64,000 nucleotides of DNA. Origin: an uncultured bacterium (GTDB lineage Bacteria > Abyssobacteria > SURF-5). The notes beneath the pieces were generated by a model, which ran no database searches, was not told where the DNA came from, and saw only the letters and a list, made by a program, of their open reading frames with translations. The stretch is taken from assembly GCA_964607485.1 (NCBI GenBank), contig CAZSKP010000012.1:57142-121141 (forward strand), in the 5' to 3' direction. Below, in pieces: positions 30,200-40,530 of this stretch (position 1 is its first letter; every line of letters starts with the position of its first letter). The position numbers and the translations under genes are program-made.

Positions 30200-31078
30200 A
30201 TGGGACAGATGCTCGTCGTGACGCTGCTGTGGTCGTCGTCGTTTCCCATTCACAAGGCGCTCATCGCGGGAGGCATGCCCCCGCTGTCACTGGCGGCGTA
30301 CCGCTATTTCTCCGCTTCGCTGATCCTGCTGATTGCGCTCGGACTGAGGACGCACCGAAGAGCGCAAACCGCGGCCCCCGCGACGCGGCCCATCCCCGGC
30401 CAATGGCCGATACTGTTGGGAATCGGCTTCTTCATGTACACCGCGCAGGGCGTTCATCTCACGGCGCTTTCGCTCATCTCGGCGTCCGACTCCGGGCTCG
30501 TGAGCATGACGTTCATGCCGGTGGCCGTGGCGATACTCGCCTCATTCATCGAGAGGACCCCGCCGACACGGGCGCAACTGGCCGGATTGGGGATAATACT
30601 CGCGGGCATCTACATCTACTTCCCACATAACATAGGAGGCGCGCGGCTGGCAGGAGTGCTCCTGAATGTGCTGTCCTCGTCCATGTGGGCGGTCGCGGTC
30701 GTGCTCACCCATATCGCGGTCAGCAGGATGAAGATGACATCGCTCAAACTGACGACTGTCTCTATGATGACGGGCAGTTCCATCCTCCTCCTTGTCGCTC
30801 TCTTGCACGATCGCCTGTACGTTCCCGGCGCCGGTCAGATGCTCGTGCTGGCGTACCTTGCCTTCGTGAATACCGCGTTCGCCTTCGCGTTGTACAACCA
30901 CACGATGAAGTTCCTGGGCGCATTCGAGATCGCGGCGTTTCAAGACTCGATGGTTATTCAGATAGGCATCCTTGCGGCAATATTCCTCGGAGAGTCGATC
31001 TCGCCCCTGATGGCGCTCGGGATGCTTCTGGTTGTGGCGGGTGTGGCGGTGGTGCAATACTTCGCTCCGGAAGGGTAG
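30200..31078 (+). CDS. DMT/EamA family transporter
   Basis: LLWSSSF, PPLSLAAYRY, 10 TMs in two repeats, FLGE; start may be TTG 30137. Confidence 0.85.
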   Translation: MGQMLVVTLLWSSSFPIHKALIAGGMPPLSLAAYRYFSASLILLIALGLRTHRRAQTAAPATRPIPGQWPILLGIGFFMYTAQGVHLTALSLISASDSGLVSMTFMPVAVAILASFIERTPPTRAQLAGLGIILAGIYIYFPHNIGGARLAGVLLNVLSSSMWAVAVVLTHIAVSRMKMTSLKLTTVSMMTGSSILLLVALLHDRLYVPGAGQMLVLAYLAFVNTAFAFALYNHTMKFLGAFEIAAFQDSMVIQIGILAAIFLGESISPLMALGMLLVVAGVAVVQYFAPEG

Positions 31079-31202
31079 CGCCAACCCGCTTCTTTGTTGC
31101 GAAAACAACACGGCTCAGCTACAATACTGTCCAATAAGAAATAACGATGTTGATGATGAGCGCGCTGTCAGGCCTCATGTTGGCCGTCGAAGGAGACAAC
31201 CG

Positions 31203-32513
31203 ATGAGCGCATCGTCCGGCAAGAAAATTGTGTTTTTGGGAGGCGGCAGCAGCCAGTTTGCGCCCGCCCTTATCGGCGATTTCATCCGCACAAAGGAACT
31301 CTACGGAAGCACGATCGTGCTGGTGGACGTGAACGAGGAAAAGCTGAAGGTCGTCTCAGAGCTCGGACGACGCCTGGTCGAAGCGACGGGCGCGGAGTAC
31401 AAGCTGGAGAGCACCCCCGACAGGACCGAGGCGCTGCCGGGAGCCGACTTCGTTATCGTGAGCGTCGAGGTCAACCGCTTCCCGTTGTGGAGGCTGGACC
31501 GGCAGATCCCGAAAGAATTCGGCATCGAACAGGCGCAGGGCGAAAACGGCGGCCCCGGCGGGCTCCTTCACGCGATGCGGCAGATACCCGTCGTGGTCGA
31601 GATCTGCCAGGACGTCGAGCGGCTTTGTCCCGACGCGCTCGTGATCAATCTGGCCAATCCGATGTGCCGCATCCTCCAGGCGGTCCACGATTACACCAAG
31701 GTCAGAAGCATCGGCAGTTGTCACGAAATCGTTGACGGACAGATGTTCCTTTCGTTCCTCCTGGATCTTCCCGAGGAACGACTGAACGTGGTGGCCGCCG
31801 GACTCAACCATTTCACGTGGTATCTGAAAATCCAGGACAATGAGACCGGCGAGGACCTTTACCCGATGGTGCGCGAGCTTGCCCCGGTCAAGGTGAACAT
31901 GGACCGCCTGCTCGTGGCCGAGCTGCTCCGACTCACCGACTACCTGTGCGTGACGAGCGACAGCCACGTCGGTGAATTCCTGGCCGGGGGTCATGTGTGG
32001 AAAAGCGAATGGGCTCCCGACGTCGAGCCGCTGGACTTTTACGAGGTCTATCAGCTATACCTCAAGGACGTCGATGAGCGCGTGAAATCGCTTGCCGATG
32101 GCGTCTTCCCTCCTGAAGAATTCATCAAGAAGCCTTCGGGCGAGATCATTGCGGACATCTTTGCTGCGATCGCCCGGGGACGCAAAGAGCGTTTCAACGC
32201 CCTCAATCTTCCCAACGACGGCTACATTTCCAATCTGCCCGCCGACTGCATCGTGGAAGTGCCCGCCTGGGTCAATGGCGGCAACATAAGCGGCGAAGAG
32301 GTCGGGCCGCTGCCGCCGCTGCTGGCGGGCTGGTGCCATCTGCAGACGACCATCCACCGCCTCAACGCCAAGGCGGCGATGGAGGGCGATCGACAGGCCG
32401 CGCTGGAGGCGTTGCTGCTCGACCCGACGGTGCCCGATGTGTACGTCGCGGGAAAGTGCCTCGACGCGATGCTCGAAGCGAATCGGGCTTATCTGCCCAG
32501 GTTCTTTGGCTGA
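31203..32513 (+). CDS. Family 4 glycoside hydrolase (alpha-galactosidase/glucosidase, MelA-like)
   Basis: KIVFLGGGS, GENGGPGG, NLANP, GSCHE, GLNHFTW; AGGAG RBS. Confidence 0.88.
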   Translation: MSASSGKKIVFLGGGSSQFAPALIGDFIRTKELYGSTIVLVDVNEEKLKVVSELGRRLVEATGAEYKLESTPDRTEALPGADFVIVSVEVNRFPLWRLDRQIPKEFGIEQAQGENGGPGGLLHAMRQIPVVVEICQDVERLCPDALVINLANPMCRILQAVHDYTKVRSIGSCHEIVDGQMFLSFLLDLPEERLNVVAAGLNHFTWYLKIQDNETGEDLYPMVRELAPVKVNMDRLLVAELLRLTDYLCVTSDSHVGEFLAGGHVWKSEWAPDVEPLDFYEVYQLYLKDVDERVKSLADGVFPPEEFIKKPSGEIIADIFAAIARGRKERFNALNLPNDGYISNLPADCIVEVPAWVNGGNISGEEVGPLPPLLAGWCHLQTTIHRLNAKAAMEGDRQAALEALLLDPTVPDVYVAGKCLDAMLEANRAYLPRFFG

Positions 32514-32548
32514 GGGAACGGGGGCGTCGGGAGCGGGAGGCTTGGGCG

Positions 32549-34051
32549 TCAAGCGAACTTCGCCGGGTCGTACTCGGGCACGTAGTCTTCCATGAGAGGA
32601 AAGTCGTCCAGGTTTCGCGCGAACGCCGCCCGCAGGAATGAATCCAGCCACCAGAAGATATCCGTTTGCCGGATGATGGCCCTGAGCCTCTTCATCCGCG
32701 ACCGTCGTTCCTCAATGCCCATCTCGACCGCCTGGTGGATTGCGTTCGACACTTCCTCGATGCTGTACGGGTTCACCAGCAGCGCCCCCTTCTGCAACTG
32801 GACCGCCGCGCCGGCAAACTCACTGAGAATCAGCACGCAGTTTTCCTCGATGCTGCACGCGCAATACTCCTTGGCCACCAGATTCATGCCGTCCTTCAGC
32901 GGAGTTACGAGGGCGATTTCGGCGACGCGGTAGTAGGCAAGCAGTTCATTATGCTCCAGCTGCCGGTATATGTAGTAGATCGGAACCCATCCGGACATGG
33001 TAAACTGACCGTTGATTTCGCCCACGAGCCGTTCGATATCCTTCTTGAGGCCGCGGTATTCGGGGATTTCCTCACGGCTCGGCACGACGACCTGAATGAA
33101 GGTGAGCTTCTCGCGCAGCTCCGGGAAGCGTTCCATCGCATCCCTGAACGCTTCGAGCCTGTTGGTGATGCCCTTGGTGTAATCCAGACGGTCGATGCCG
33201 AGGATAAGCTGGCGGTTTGGCAGGTCCTCGTGGACGAACCACGCCTGCTCGGCGACTTCCCGGCTCGACGCCTGTTTCGCAAACGTGTTGTAGTCGATGC
33301 TGATGGGGAAGCTGCCGAGGCGCACCTCCCTGTCTTCTACCCGGCCGGTGAGAACCTGACCTTTTCCCCTTATTGGAACATCTTTGCGAAGAGCGCGGGT
33401 GCACTGAACGAAGTTGCGTCTGTCACGCAGCGTCTGAAATCCGATGAGGTCATGCTCGAGCAGCGCGCCGAGAATCTCGAATCGCCATGGAAGCTTGAGG
33501 AAGAAATCGAGCTGAGGGAAGGGAATGTGCAGAAAAAAGCCGATCCTGTTCTTGACGCCCATGCCGCGTAATTCACGCGCCACGGTCAAGAGATGATAGT
33601 CGTGAATCCAGATATAATCGTCCTTCCTGATGTTCTTTGCGATTACCTCTGCGAACTTGCGGTTGACCTTGCGGTAGGCCGACCAACATTCCGGGTCGGG
33701 GATTTTGCGAGGCTGAAAATCATGGAAGACGGGCCACAGAATTTCGTTGGAGAATCCATAATAGAATTTGTTCTTTTCCTCGGTGGTCAATGTGACCGGC
33801 TTGAATGTGTATCCTTCCCTCCTGGTCGCCTCGGCCAGAACATCCTCGACCTCTATTCCCTCTTCCGCCAATGTCCCCGGCCAGCCGATCCATAATCCTC
33901 CGCGGTTTTTCAACACGGGGGCCATCGCGGTGACCAACCCGCCGGAGCCGGATTTGACCTCTAATTGACCGTCATGGCTCCTGTTCACCACTATCGGCAG
34001 GCGATTGGATACGATGACAAGCCGACTGTCGGACAATTTCGTCAACGGCAT
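32549..34051 (-). CDS. otsA: Trehalose-6-phosphate synthase (GT20)
   Basis: VSNRLP, GGLVTA, WIHDYHL, FFLHIPFP, DRLDYTKG, DGMNLVAKEY, LSEFAGAA. Confidence 0.93.
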   Translation of the reverse strand: MPLTKLSDSRLVIVSNRLPIVVNRSHDGQLEVKSGSGGLVTAMAPVLKNRGGLWIGWPGTLAEEGIEVEDVLAEATRREGYTFKPVTLTTEEKNKFYYGFSNEILWPVFHDFQPRKIPDPECWSAYRKVNRKFAEVIAKNIRKDDYIWIHDYHLLTVARELRGMGVKNRIGFFLHIPFPQLDFFLKLPWRFEILGALLEHDLIGFQTLRDRRNFVQCTRALRKDVPIRGKGQVLTGRVEDREVRLGSFPISIDYNTFAKQASSREVAEQAWFVHEDLPNRQLILGIDRLDYTKGITNRLEAFRDAMERFPELREKLTFIQVVVPSREEIPEYRGLKKDIERLVGEINGQFTMSGWVPIYYIYRQLEHNELLAYYRVAEIALVTPLKDGMNLVAKEYCACSIEENCVLILSEFAGAAVQLQKGALLVNPYSIEEVSNAIHQAVEMGIEERRSRMKRLRAIIRQTDIFWWLDSFLRAAFARNLDDFPLMEDYVPEYDPAKFA

Positions 34052-34106
34052 GAGCTCACCCCCGGAGCTTTTATAGTTTTCTCCAATATTTCCGGCCGAT
34101 GAGACG

Positions 34107-34901
34107 TCATTTATCTATCTCGCACGCTTCCGCCCAATTCGAGAGGAACTCCAAGAGCTCCTCGGGCGGCGTAATCCACAGGTCGGCTGCGGTCGAGCGG
34201 AACTCGTCGCGCACAAGAACGCCCAATCCTCTCCCCTTGATGGCGCCGAACGCATCCTCATCCGTCAAATCATCGCCCAGATAGGCGGCAGCCGTATCCC
34301 CTCCCATTTCGGCAAAGACCATATCGACCGCGAAGCCTTTGTTTCTGCCGGGAATGCGAAGCTCGACGCCTCCGTCGAACTCGTGCAGATCGAGCTCCTC
34401 GTTCCAGGCCGAGAGAGTCCATTTCTTTTGCACTTCGTTGCGAATCGTTTTGACCTCGCCCGCTTCCAATCCCCTCCAATGAACCGCGAGGCAGGCGGGC
34501 TTGTGCTCGACCCGCTCGGCCAGTCCTGCCCTTTCAATCCAGGCGTCGGCTTCGGCAAGTGCTTTCAGGGAGGTTTCCTCCAGTTTGCCAATTTCATACG
34601 TGCCGTCGGGCCTTAGCTGCTCCCAGCCGTGAGACCCCCAGATTTCGGGCAGGCGCTTGAGTCCGAGGAGCGGAATCAAATCCTTCGTCCATCGCCCGGT
34701 GATGAGTATCACGCGGGTACTTTCCGCATCCACGAGCGTCTGCAATATCTCGCGCACGCCGGGATAAGGGGTCGCTCTGTCGCGCTCTACGGTGAAGGGA
34801 GCGAGGGTTCCGTCGTAATCGAGGAGCAGCGCGCGCTTGGCGGCCTCTGAGACGCGCCGGAAAAACCTCTGCGGCTCGAATTCTGGCTTGAGAATTTTCA
34901 T
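34107..34901 (-). CDS. otsB: Trehalose-6-phosphate phosphatase (HAD)
   Basis: LDYDGTLAP, ITGR, GSHG, NKG, GDDLTDEDAF. Confidence 0.92.
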   Translation of the reverse strand: MKILKPEFEPQRFFRRVSEAAKRALLLDYDGTLAPFTVERDRATPYPGVREILQTLVDAESTRVILITGRWTKDLIPLLGLKRLPEIWGSHGWEQLRPDGTYEIGKLEETSLKALAEADAWIERAGLAERVEHKPACLAVHWRGLEAGEVKTIRNEVQKKWTLSAWNEELDLHEFDGGVELRIPGRNKGFAVDMVFAEMGGDTAAAYLGDDLTDEDAFGAIKGRGLGVLVRDEFRSTAADLWITPPEELLEFLSNWAEACEIDK

Positions 34902-35002
34902 GATTCGGCTATCCGTGTCTGTGTTGTTTGTATCGGGTGAATGTCGATTATCCGCAGGAACTTCTCTGCTTCATTCGCCCCTGCGGAGCTAAGAATAAGC
35001 GC

Positions 35003-36244
35003 TCATCCCAACTCGATCCTGCTCTTGTTTCCATACAAGAGCGAGACCATCAGGGTGAGCGACTCGCGCAGTTGCCGGGTAAGGAGGAAGTTGTCCCTGA
35101 CGAAGTGTCTGGCCTTCTCCCCCATCTCGAAAATTTTCTCGCGATGACTGAGCAGGTAGCGAACGCGCAGCGCAACGCCCTCGGCCGAATCGACGCGAAA
35201 ACCGGTGTGGTGGTCAACAACCTGCAGTCGAATGCCTCCGGTGTTTCCCCCAATGACGGGCTTGCCCTTCCACATCGCTTCGGTCACCGTGAGGCCGAAT
35301 CCTTCCTTGATGGATTTTTGCAGCACGATGTCGGCGGCGCGTTGCAACGCGTTTATTATCCGATGCGAGTCGGGGGGCAGCAGCAGGATATGGATGTCAG
35401 GATCATCGGCGCCGGCTTCCCTGACCTCGGCAAGAACGGCGTCTCCCTCGGGATCGTCCGAAGCTCCGCCGCCGGCCAGGACCAATTGCAGGGCCGGGAT
35501 AAATCTCTTGGCCAACTTGTAACCGCGTATGACGCCCACCGGGTCCTTGAACCGGTCGAAACGGGACACCTGAACGATGACGGGCCTCGTGCGGTCGATT
35601 CCGAAACGCTCGCACACCTGCCCGACTTCACCCTCGTCAAGTTCTATGTTCTTTTCGCTCAACGGGTCGATGCTGGGCGGAATAATGAATTGCGGATGGG
35701 AAAGCCTCTGCTCGAAGTCGGCCAGCGAAAAAACGCTCGCGTCGTATCCGGCGACGAACTCGCGTAGATATTTCCACACGGGCCGGAACGGCCGGCTGAT
35801 ATCGATGTGACAACGCCATATCCATTTGCCCTTGCGATTCGGGCACAATTTCAGCAGTGAAGCCGGTTGAGGGTCGTGGATGAACACAAAGTCGGCGCTT
35901 TCGAGAGCCGGCCGGAGCACCTCCGCGTTCTTGGCGTTTGTAACCTCGTATATTTTGAGCAACGCCTGCGGAATTTCGACCTTTTCGCCCTGCAGCCCGT
36001 TATGGAAACCCTTGGTGCATTGGAAGAAATCGCCGTTTCCGGAAATTACTTCCCAATGGGCGTCAACGCCCAGGTCTCCCATGATGGGCACCAGCTTCGT
36101 CAAGATCTCGGCGACTCCTCCGCCTTCACGAGTCGAATTCACGTGAACAACTTTCTTGCCCTCAAGCGGCTTCGCCAATTGCTGGAGGTGGCTGATGACG
36201 TCCTCACCTACAACTTCCGCATATTGTTGCAGAACATTCGTCAT
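35003..36244 (-). CDS. treT: Trehalose glycosyltransferring synthase-like GT4
   Basis: HVNSTREGGGVAEIL, IHDPQP, WRCHID, PSIDPLS, QVSRFDRFKDP, EGFGLTVTEAMWK. Confidence 0.85.
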   Translation of the reverse strand: MTNVLQQYAEVVGEDVISHLQQLAKPLEGKKVVHVNSTREGGGVAEILTKLVPIMGDLGVDAHWEVISGNGDFFQCTKGFHNGLQGEKVEIPQALLKIYEVTNAKNAEVLRPALESADFVFIHDPQPASLLKLCPNRKGKWIWRCHIDISRPFRPVWKYLREFVAGYDASVFSLADFEQRLSHPQFIIPPSIDPLSEKNIELDEGEVGQVCERFGIDRTRPVIVQVSRFDRFKDPVGVIRGYKLAKRFIPALQLVLAGGGASDDPEGDAVLAEVREAGADDPDIHILLLPPDSHRIINALQRAADIVLQKSIKEGFGLTVTEAMWKGKPVIGGNTGGIRLQVVDHHTGFRVDSAEGVALRVRYLLSHREKIFEMGEKARHFVRDNFLLTRQLRESLTLMVSLLYGNKSRIELG

Positions 36245-36918
36245 GACACGGAATCTCCGAAGTAGCCCCTAAATACGGAAGCGAGTTGATCGCGGAGTTC
36301 GCTCAAGGTCGGGAAAAACGGGTCCACGTCGGCAAGCTGGCTGATCAGGACTTTGTATTTCTTTCCATAGCCGGAGAGCCACGCCCTGAAGTCGTCAACC
36401 TTGTCGGGAGTACGCCGGCGCGCATCGATGAAATGGTAAAAAATGCTCCCTATCGACATATGAGGAATCGCGGTGACGAAGTCTTTTGCCGCAGTGAGCT
36501 GGCGATGCGTGTCGAAAACCACCAGATGCGTGGTGATGAAGCTGAACTGCTTATCCGGCCGCGACCATGGGACCATCTCGCTCTCGTCCAGCCTCTCCTC
36601 GATTATGTCAATCAGCTTCTGGCGCAGAGCTTCCAGGTCGTCGAAATCCGTCGGGTCGACCACGCCCAAACGCTCTGCGAGCTTCTCGTCGTGGAGCCCG
36701 CGGTAGGCCCACGCGGCAAAATCGTTGTTGTATTCAGGGTCGTCAAACCGCGGCCGCAGCAGACCTCCCCAAAAATGGTGGTAGATGCTGTCAGGGTCCA
36801 CGGTCAGAAGGTGTTCTCGCAACTCCCTGAGATTATGCGCCTTTTTGCCCGTGGCTATGGCAATCAGCGCACAGTCCTTGACCGCGAACGGCTGGACTTT
36901 TGTCGCCTTGGGAGGCAT
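36241..36918 (-). CDS. DUF5752-like protein (TreT-associated), internally duplicated
   Basis: SIYHHF…NDFAAW…VDP and SIFYHF…DDFRAW…VDP repeats; ATGA coupling to treT. Confidence 0.75.
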   Translation of the reverse strand: MPPKATKVQPFAVKDCALIAIATGKKAHNLRELREHLLTVDPDSIYHHFWGGLLRPRFDDPEYNNDFAAWAYRGLHDEKLAERLGVVDPTDFDDLEALRQKLIDIIEERLDESEMVPWSRPDKQFSFITTHLVVFDTHRQLTAAKDFVTAIPHMSIGSIFYHFIDARRRTPDKVDDFRAWLSGYGKKYKVLISQLADVDPFFPTLSELRDQLASVFRGYFGDSVS

Positions 36919-36987
36919 CTTTCACCCCATTTTGACGATTGACAGTTTCCCGCCTTCCTTTCGTTCTCTCATTAATACTAACAGGCT

Positions 36988-37039
36988 AGCAGGAAAGATG
37001 CCAAGAATACCAGGGAACCTTAGATTTAAGGACTTGATA
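36988..37039 (-). promoter_or_regulatory. Sigma54 -24/-12 promoter with upstream IHF site
   Basis: Minus strand TGGCAT-ctttc-CTGCT (37003-36988, GG-N10-GC); TATCAAgtccTTA (37039-37027) matches WATCAA-N4-TTR. Confidence 0.65.
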
Positions 37040-37189
37040 TGATTGCAGCCCCCGTCCGAAGAGGCACAGAGTCCGAAGATGCTTGATGCCGCCTGCTTTC
37101 CGTCCCAGTTACATAATACACCAAAAAGCGCGATACGGCAACCTTCCGACCGGTTGTGACTCAAATGGCGAAGCGCAATCCGGACGCGT

Positions 37190-38641
37190 TCAGTCCGGCC
37201 CTCCGGATATCCGCTCGCGCGCCTTGCGGAACTGCTCCAACCTCGCCAGTACCAGGCAGGCGGCTCTCACGGAATCGAACGCGGGGACGCCGACCTTGAG
37301 CAGCCTCTGTTTCAGGGTGAGCCGGAACTCTTCCGCGTCCAGTTGGTCGGAATCCCGGGTCAGGGCGAAAACGACCGGTTTGGCGACGCGCGTCTTGACG
37401 CTCTCCAGCGCCCTGACCAGATATTCAAGGGCTTCTTCCAGCGACACGCCGACACGTTTGAGATTCCTGAAGAGGAAATACAACTGGTATGTGAACAGAA
37501 CGCAATCGATGTTGGGGTCGCGGTCGATGATTTCGATGATCCGTGCGATGTTCTGGGGCATGATGCCGTGGGCGCTGGCGTCAACGGGGTTCTTGCGTAT
37601 GGTCCCCGCCTCCCGCAAGACGGTGAGGAGTTTCTGCTGCGTCTCTTGCAGCAGGCTTGGCAACCTCAGGCCGTGCTCGTTGCACTGGTCGGATGCAATC
37701 ACGCTGTTGCCGCCGCCCGTGGTCACGAGGGCCGTGTTCAATCCTTTCGGCGGGGACAGGTGCTTGAGCGCGAGCATCATGTCGATCATCTCGTCGCTGT
37801 CGTCCACCAGAATGGCGCCCGCCTGCTTAATCATTCCCTTCCAGACGTCATAGGAGCCGGCCAGAGCGCCCGTGTGGCCGACGGCCGCGTAGGTGCCGGC
37901 GGGCGTGCGGCCGCCTTTCCAGATGATTACCGGCTTTTCCCTCGCCGATTCCTTCAGCGTTTCGAAGAACACGCGCCCCTCACCCGCCCCCTCGATATAG
38001 ATGCCGATGACGGCGGTCTTCTCATCCTCGGCGAAATACCGGAGAAAATCGCTCGACGAAAGGTCGCTGGCGTTGCCGTAACTGATGGCCTTGCTCAGCC
38101 TCAGCCCGCGCTCCGTCACACACCTGATGAAATTGATGGCGTGGCCGCCGCTTTGCGAGATGAAGGCGACGTCGCCCGCCTCGGTCGTGTGGTTTTCATC
38201 GAAGCCCACCCGCGCCTCGGGACAGTAAACGCCCATGCAGTTCGGCCCTATCAGCCTGATCCTGCCCCGCGCAAGCTCTACCAACTCTCTCTCCAGGCGT
38301 TCCCCCTCCTCGGTCTGCAACTCCTTGAAACCGGCGGTGAAGAAGTGGACGTAGGAGACTCCCTTCTCTATGCAGTCGGCCACCACTCCGGCCGTCGCCG
38401 CCGCGGGCACGCCGATGATCGCGTAATCGACCGGCCCGGGAATATCCGTGACTTTTGTGTATGCGCGAAGGCCCATCACCACCTCGCCCGAGGACGTGTT
38501 GACCGGATAAAGACCGCCCGGATAGCCGAGCGCAATCAGGCTGTGCAGAAACATGCTCGAGCCCTTTGCATAATTGTCCGATGCGCCTATGACCGCGATG
38601 CCACGCGGAAAAAACAGCCGGTCCAGATTATTCTCGTTCAA
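37190..38641 (-). CDS. CoA-binding protein; ADP-forming acyl-CoA synthetase alpha-subunit-like
   Basis: IAVIGAS, IGPNCMG, ISQSGG, KGGRT..G..A..GHTGALAG (phospho-His), NPVD; TTG start. Confidence 0.85.
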   Translation of the reverse strand: MNENNLDRLFFPRGIAVIGASDNYAKGSSMFLHSLIALGYPGGLYPVNTSSGEVVMGLRAYTKVTDIPGPVDYAIIGVPAAATAGVVADCIEKGVSYVHFFTAGFKELQTEEGERLERELVELARGRIRLIGPNCMGVYCPEARVGFDENHTTEAGDVAFISQSGGHAINFIRCVTERGLRLSKAISYGNASDLSSSDFLRYFAEDEKTAVIGIYIEGAGEGRVFFETLKESAREKPVIIWKGGRTPAGTYAAVGHTGALAGSYDVWKGMIKQAGAILVDDSDEMIDMMLALKHLSPPKGLNTALVTTGGGNSVIASDQCNEHGLRLPSLLQETQQKLLTVLREAGTIRKNPVDASAHGIMPQNIARIIEIIDRDPNIDCVLFTYQLYFLFRNLKRVGVSLEEALEYLVRALESVKTRVAKPVVFALTRDSDQLDAEEFRLTLKQRLLKVGVPAFDSVRAACLVLARLEQFRKARERISGGPD

Positions 38642-38832
38642 GACGTTCGAGTCTCCTCCTGCCGGACCTTGTCGGTCCGGCCCTTCGAAACCGTTTGCGG
38701 GTCCGTCGATCGTTTCTTGGTTGACGGGAAGAAGAGCAGGCTGATTTACAGACCAAATGCTCGCTGGGGCGATTTCTCAAGCCGCTATTCTAGCATTGCA
38801 TGACAATCACCGTCAAATAGAAAGTCGATTCG

Positions 38833-38862
38833 TTGACACCCGTTCCGCCGTGTTGCTATACT
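38833..38862 (+). promoter_or_regulatory. Sigma70-type promoter for the cooC pair
   Basis: TTGACA, 18-nt spacer, TGc-TATACT. Confidence 0.7.
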
Positions 38863-38917
38863 GGAATTGGGAAACTACTCGGTAGCCCAATCATATCCCA
38901 GAGGAGCAACGACACTT

Positions 38918-39721
38918 ATGAAGATAGCGATCGTAGGAAAGGGCGGCGTGGGCAAGACGACCATCGCCGGCACGCTTGCGCGTATGCTGGCGGACGACAA
39001 GTACACCGTCATGGCAATCGACGCCGACCCCGACGCAAACCTCGCGTCCGCATTGGGTTGCAAGCCCGAAGTGGCGCGAGAGATAACGCCGATTTCGGAG
39101 ATGAAGGACTTCATTCGAGAGCGAACGGGCGCGGGAGAGGGGTACGGCGTGATGTTCAAGCTGAACCCGAAGGTGGACGACATCCCCGACAAGTTCAGCC
39201 GCGAGGTGGAAGGGGTAAAGTTCCTCGTCATGGGCTCACTCGACACCGGCGGCGCCGGTTGTCTGTGTCCCGAGAACGTCGTGCTGCGCCGGTTCCTCGA
39301 AGAGGTGCTGGAATATCGCGACGAGACGGTCATCCTCGACATGGAGGCGGGCCTCGAACACCTCGGCAGGGGTACGGCGCGGGCCGTTGACCTGCTCGTG
39401 GTCATCGTCGAGCCCGGCCAGCGAAGCATCGAGACCGCACGGGCAATCATCAGGCTTGCGGGCGACCTCGGCATCCAGTCGATACGGCTCGTGATGAACA
39501 AGGTCATCGACGAGGCGGACGCCGAGCTGCTCAGGCAGAATTTTTCCGAAGACCAGATACTCGGCTACGTCTCGTACGACAGGGAGCTGATGAAACTCGA
39601 CCGCGAAGGCAAGGCGCCCTACGACCACTATAGAAACACCGACGCCCGCTTCCTCAACGAGATGAAGGCGATAAAGGAAAAGGTAATCGACCTGATTAAG
39701 TCGGGCAGCAGTGTGGCCTGA
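38918..39721 (+). CDS. cooC: CooC-type nickel-insertion ATPase
   Basis: GKGGVGKTT, DADPDANL, GCLCP, DMEAGLEHLGRGT. Confidence 0.88.
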   Translation: MKIAIVGKGGVGKTTIAGTLARMLADDKYTVMAIDADPDANLASALGCKPEVAREITPISEMKDFIRERTGAGEGYGVMFKLNPKVDDIPDKFSREVEGVKFLVMGSLDTGGAGCLCPENVVLRRFLEEVLEYRDETVILDMEAGLEHLGRGTARAVDLLVVIVEPGQRSIETARAIIRLAGDLGIQSIRLVMNKVIDEADAELLRQNFSEDQILGYVSYDRELMKLDREGKAPYDHYRNTDARFLNEMKAIKEKVIDLIKSGSSVA

Positions 39722-39769
39722 ATATCAGGGGCTTGGGAAGACGCAACCGAATATTTCCGGGTGATATAA

Positions 39770-40525
39770 ATGGGAAAGTTGATAGCTGTCACGGGCAAAG
39801 GCGGCGTGGGCAAGACGACCATCTCGGCCTTGCTCGTGCGATGCATGACAAACAGGGGCAACACGCCGGTCCTCGTCGTCGATGCCGACCCCAACTCGAA
39901 CCTCAATGAAGTGCTCGGATTGAAGGTCGGCGAGACGATTGGCTCCATCCGCGAGGACGCGGCCCAACGCTCGGGCGCCCTGCCCGGCGGCATGGCAAAG
40001 CACGACTACCTCGACATGAAGGTGCAGGAATGCCTGGTCGAGGCGAAGGGATTCGACCTTGTCGTCATGGGCCGTCCGGAAGGGCCGGGCTGCTACTGCT
40101 TCGCCAACAACGTGCTGCGCGACGTGCTCAACATGCTCGGCAAACAGTATCCGCGCATCGTGGTGGACAACGAGGCCGGAATGGAGCACCTGAGCCGCCG
40201 CATCACGACCTCCATCGACCACCTCCTCATCGTCTCCGACGCTTCGCTGCGGGGGATGCTGGCGGCCGAACGGATACGCGACCTCGTGAGCGAGCTCAAG
40301 CTCACGGTCGGAACGATGCACCTGCTCATCAATCGAGTTCACGACGGGCTTCCGGCGGGAGTGGCGGAGAAGGCGGAGGCGATGGGCATCCCTCTGCTTG
40401 CGACCATTCCGGAGGAAGAGTTGGTGCGAGAGTTTGACGGCAACGGCAGACCGCTTATCGAACTGCCCGAGTCGTCCAGCACCGTCCGAAAGGTGGACGA
40501 GATAGCCGACCGCCTGGACATCTGA
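39770..40525 (+). CDS. acsF: CooC2/AcsF-type nickel-insertion ATPase
   Basis: GKGGVGKTT, DADPNSNL, MGRPEGPGCYC, DNEAGMEHLSRR. Confidence 0.75.
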   Translation: MGKLIAVTGKGGVGKTTISALLVRCMTNRGNTPVLVVDADPNSNLNEVLGLKVGETIGSIREDAAQRSGALPGGMAKHDYLDMKVQECLVEAKGFDLVVMGRPEGPGCYCFANNVLRDVLNMLGKQYPRIVVDNEAGMEHLSRRITTSIDHLLIVSDASLRGMLAAERIRDLVSELKLTVGTMHLLINRVHDGLPAGVAEKAEAMGIPLLATIPEEELVREFDGNGRPLIELPESSSTVRKVDEIADRLDI

Positions 40526-40530
40526 CGGCC

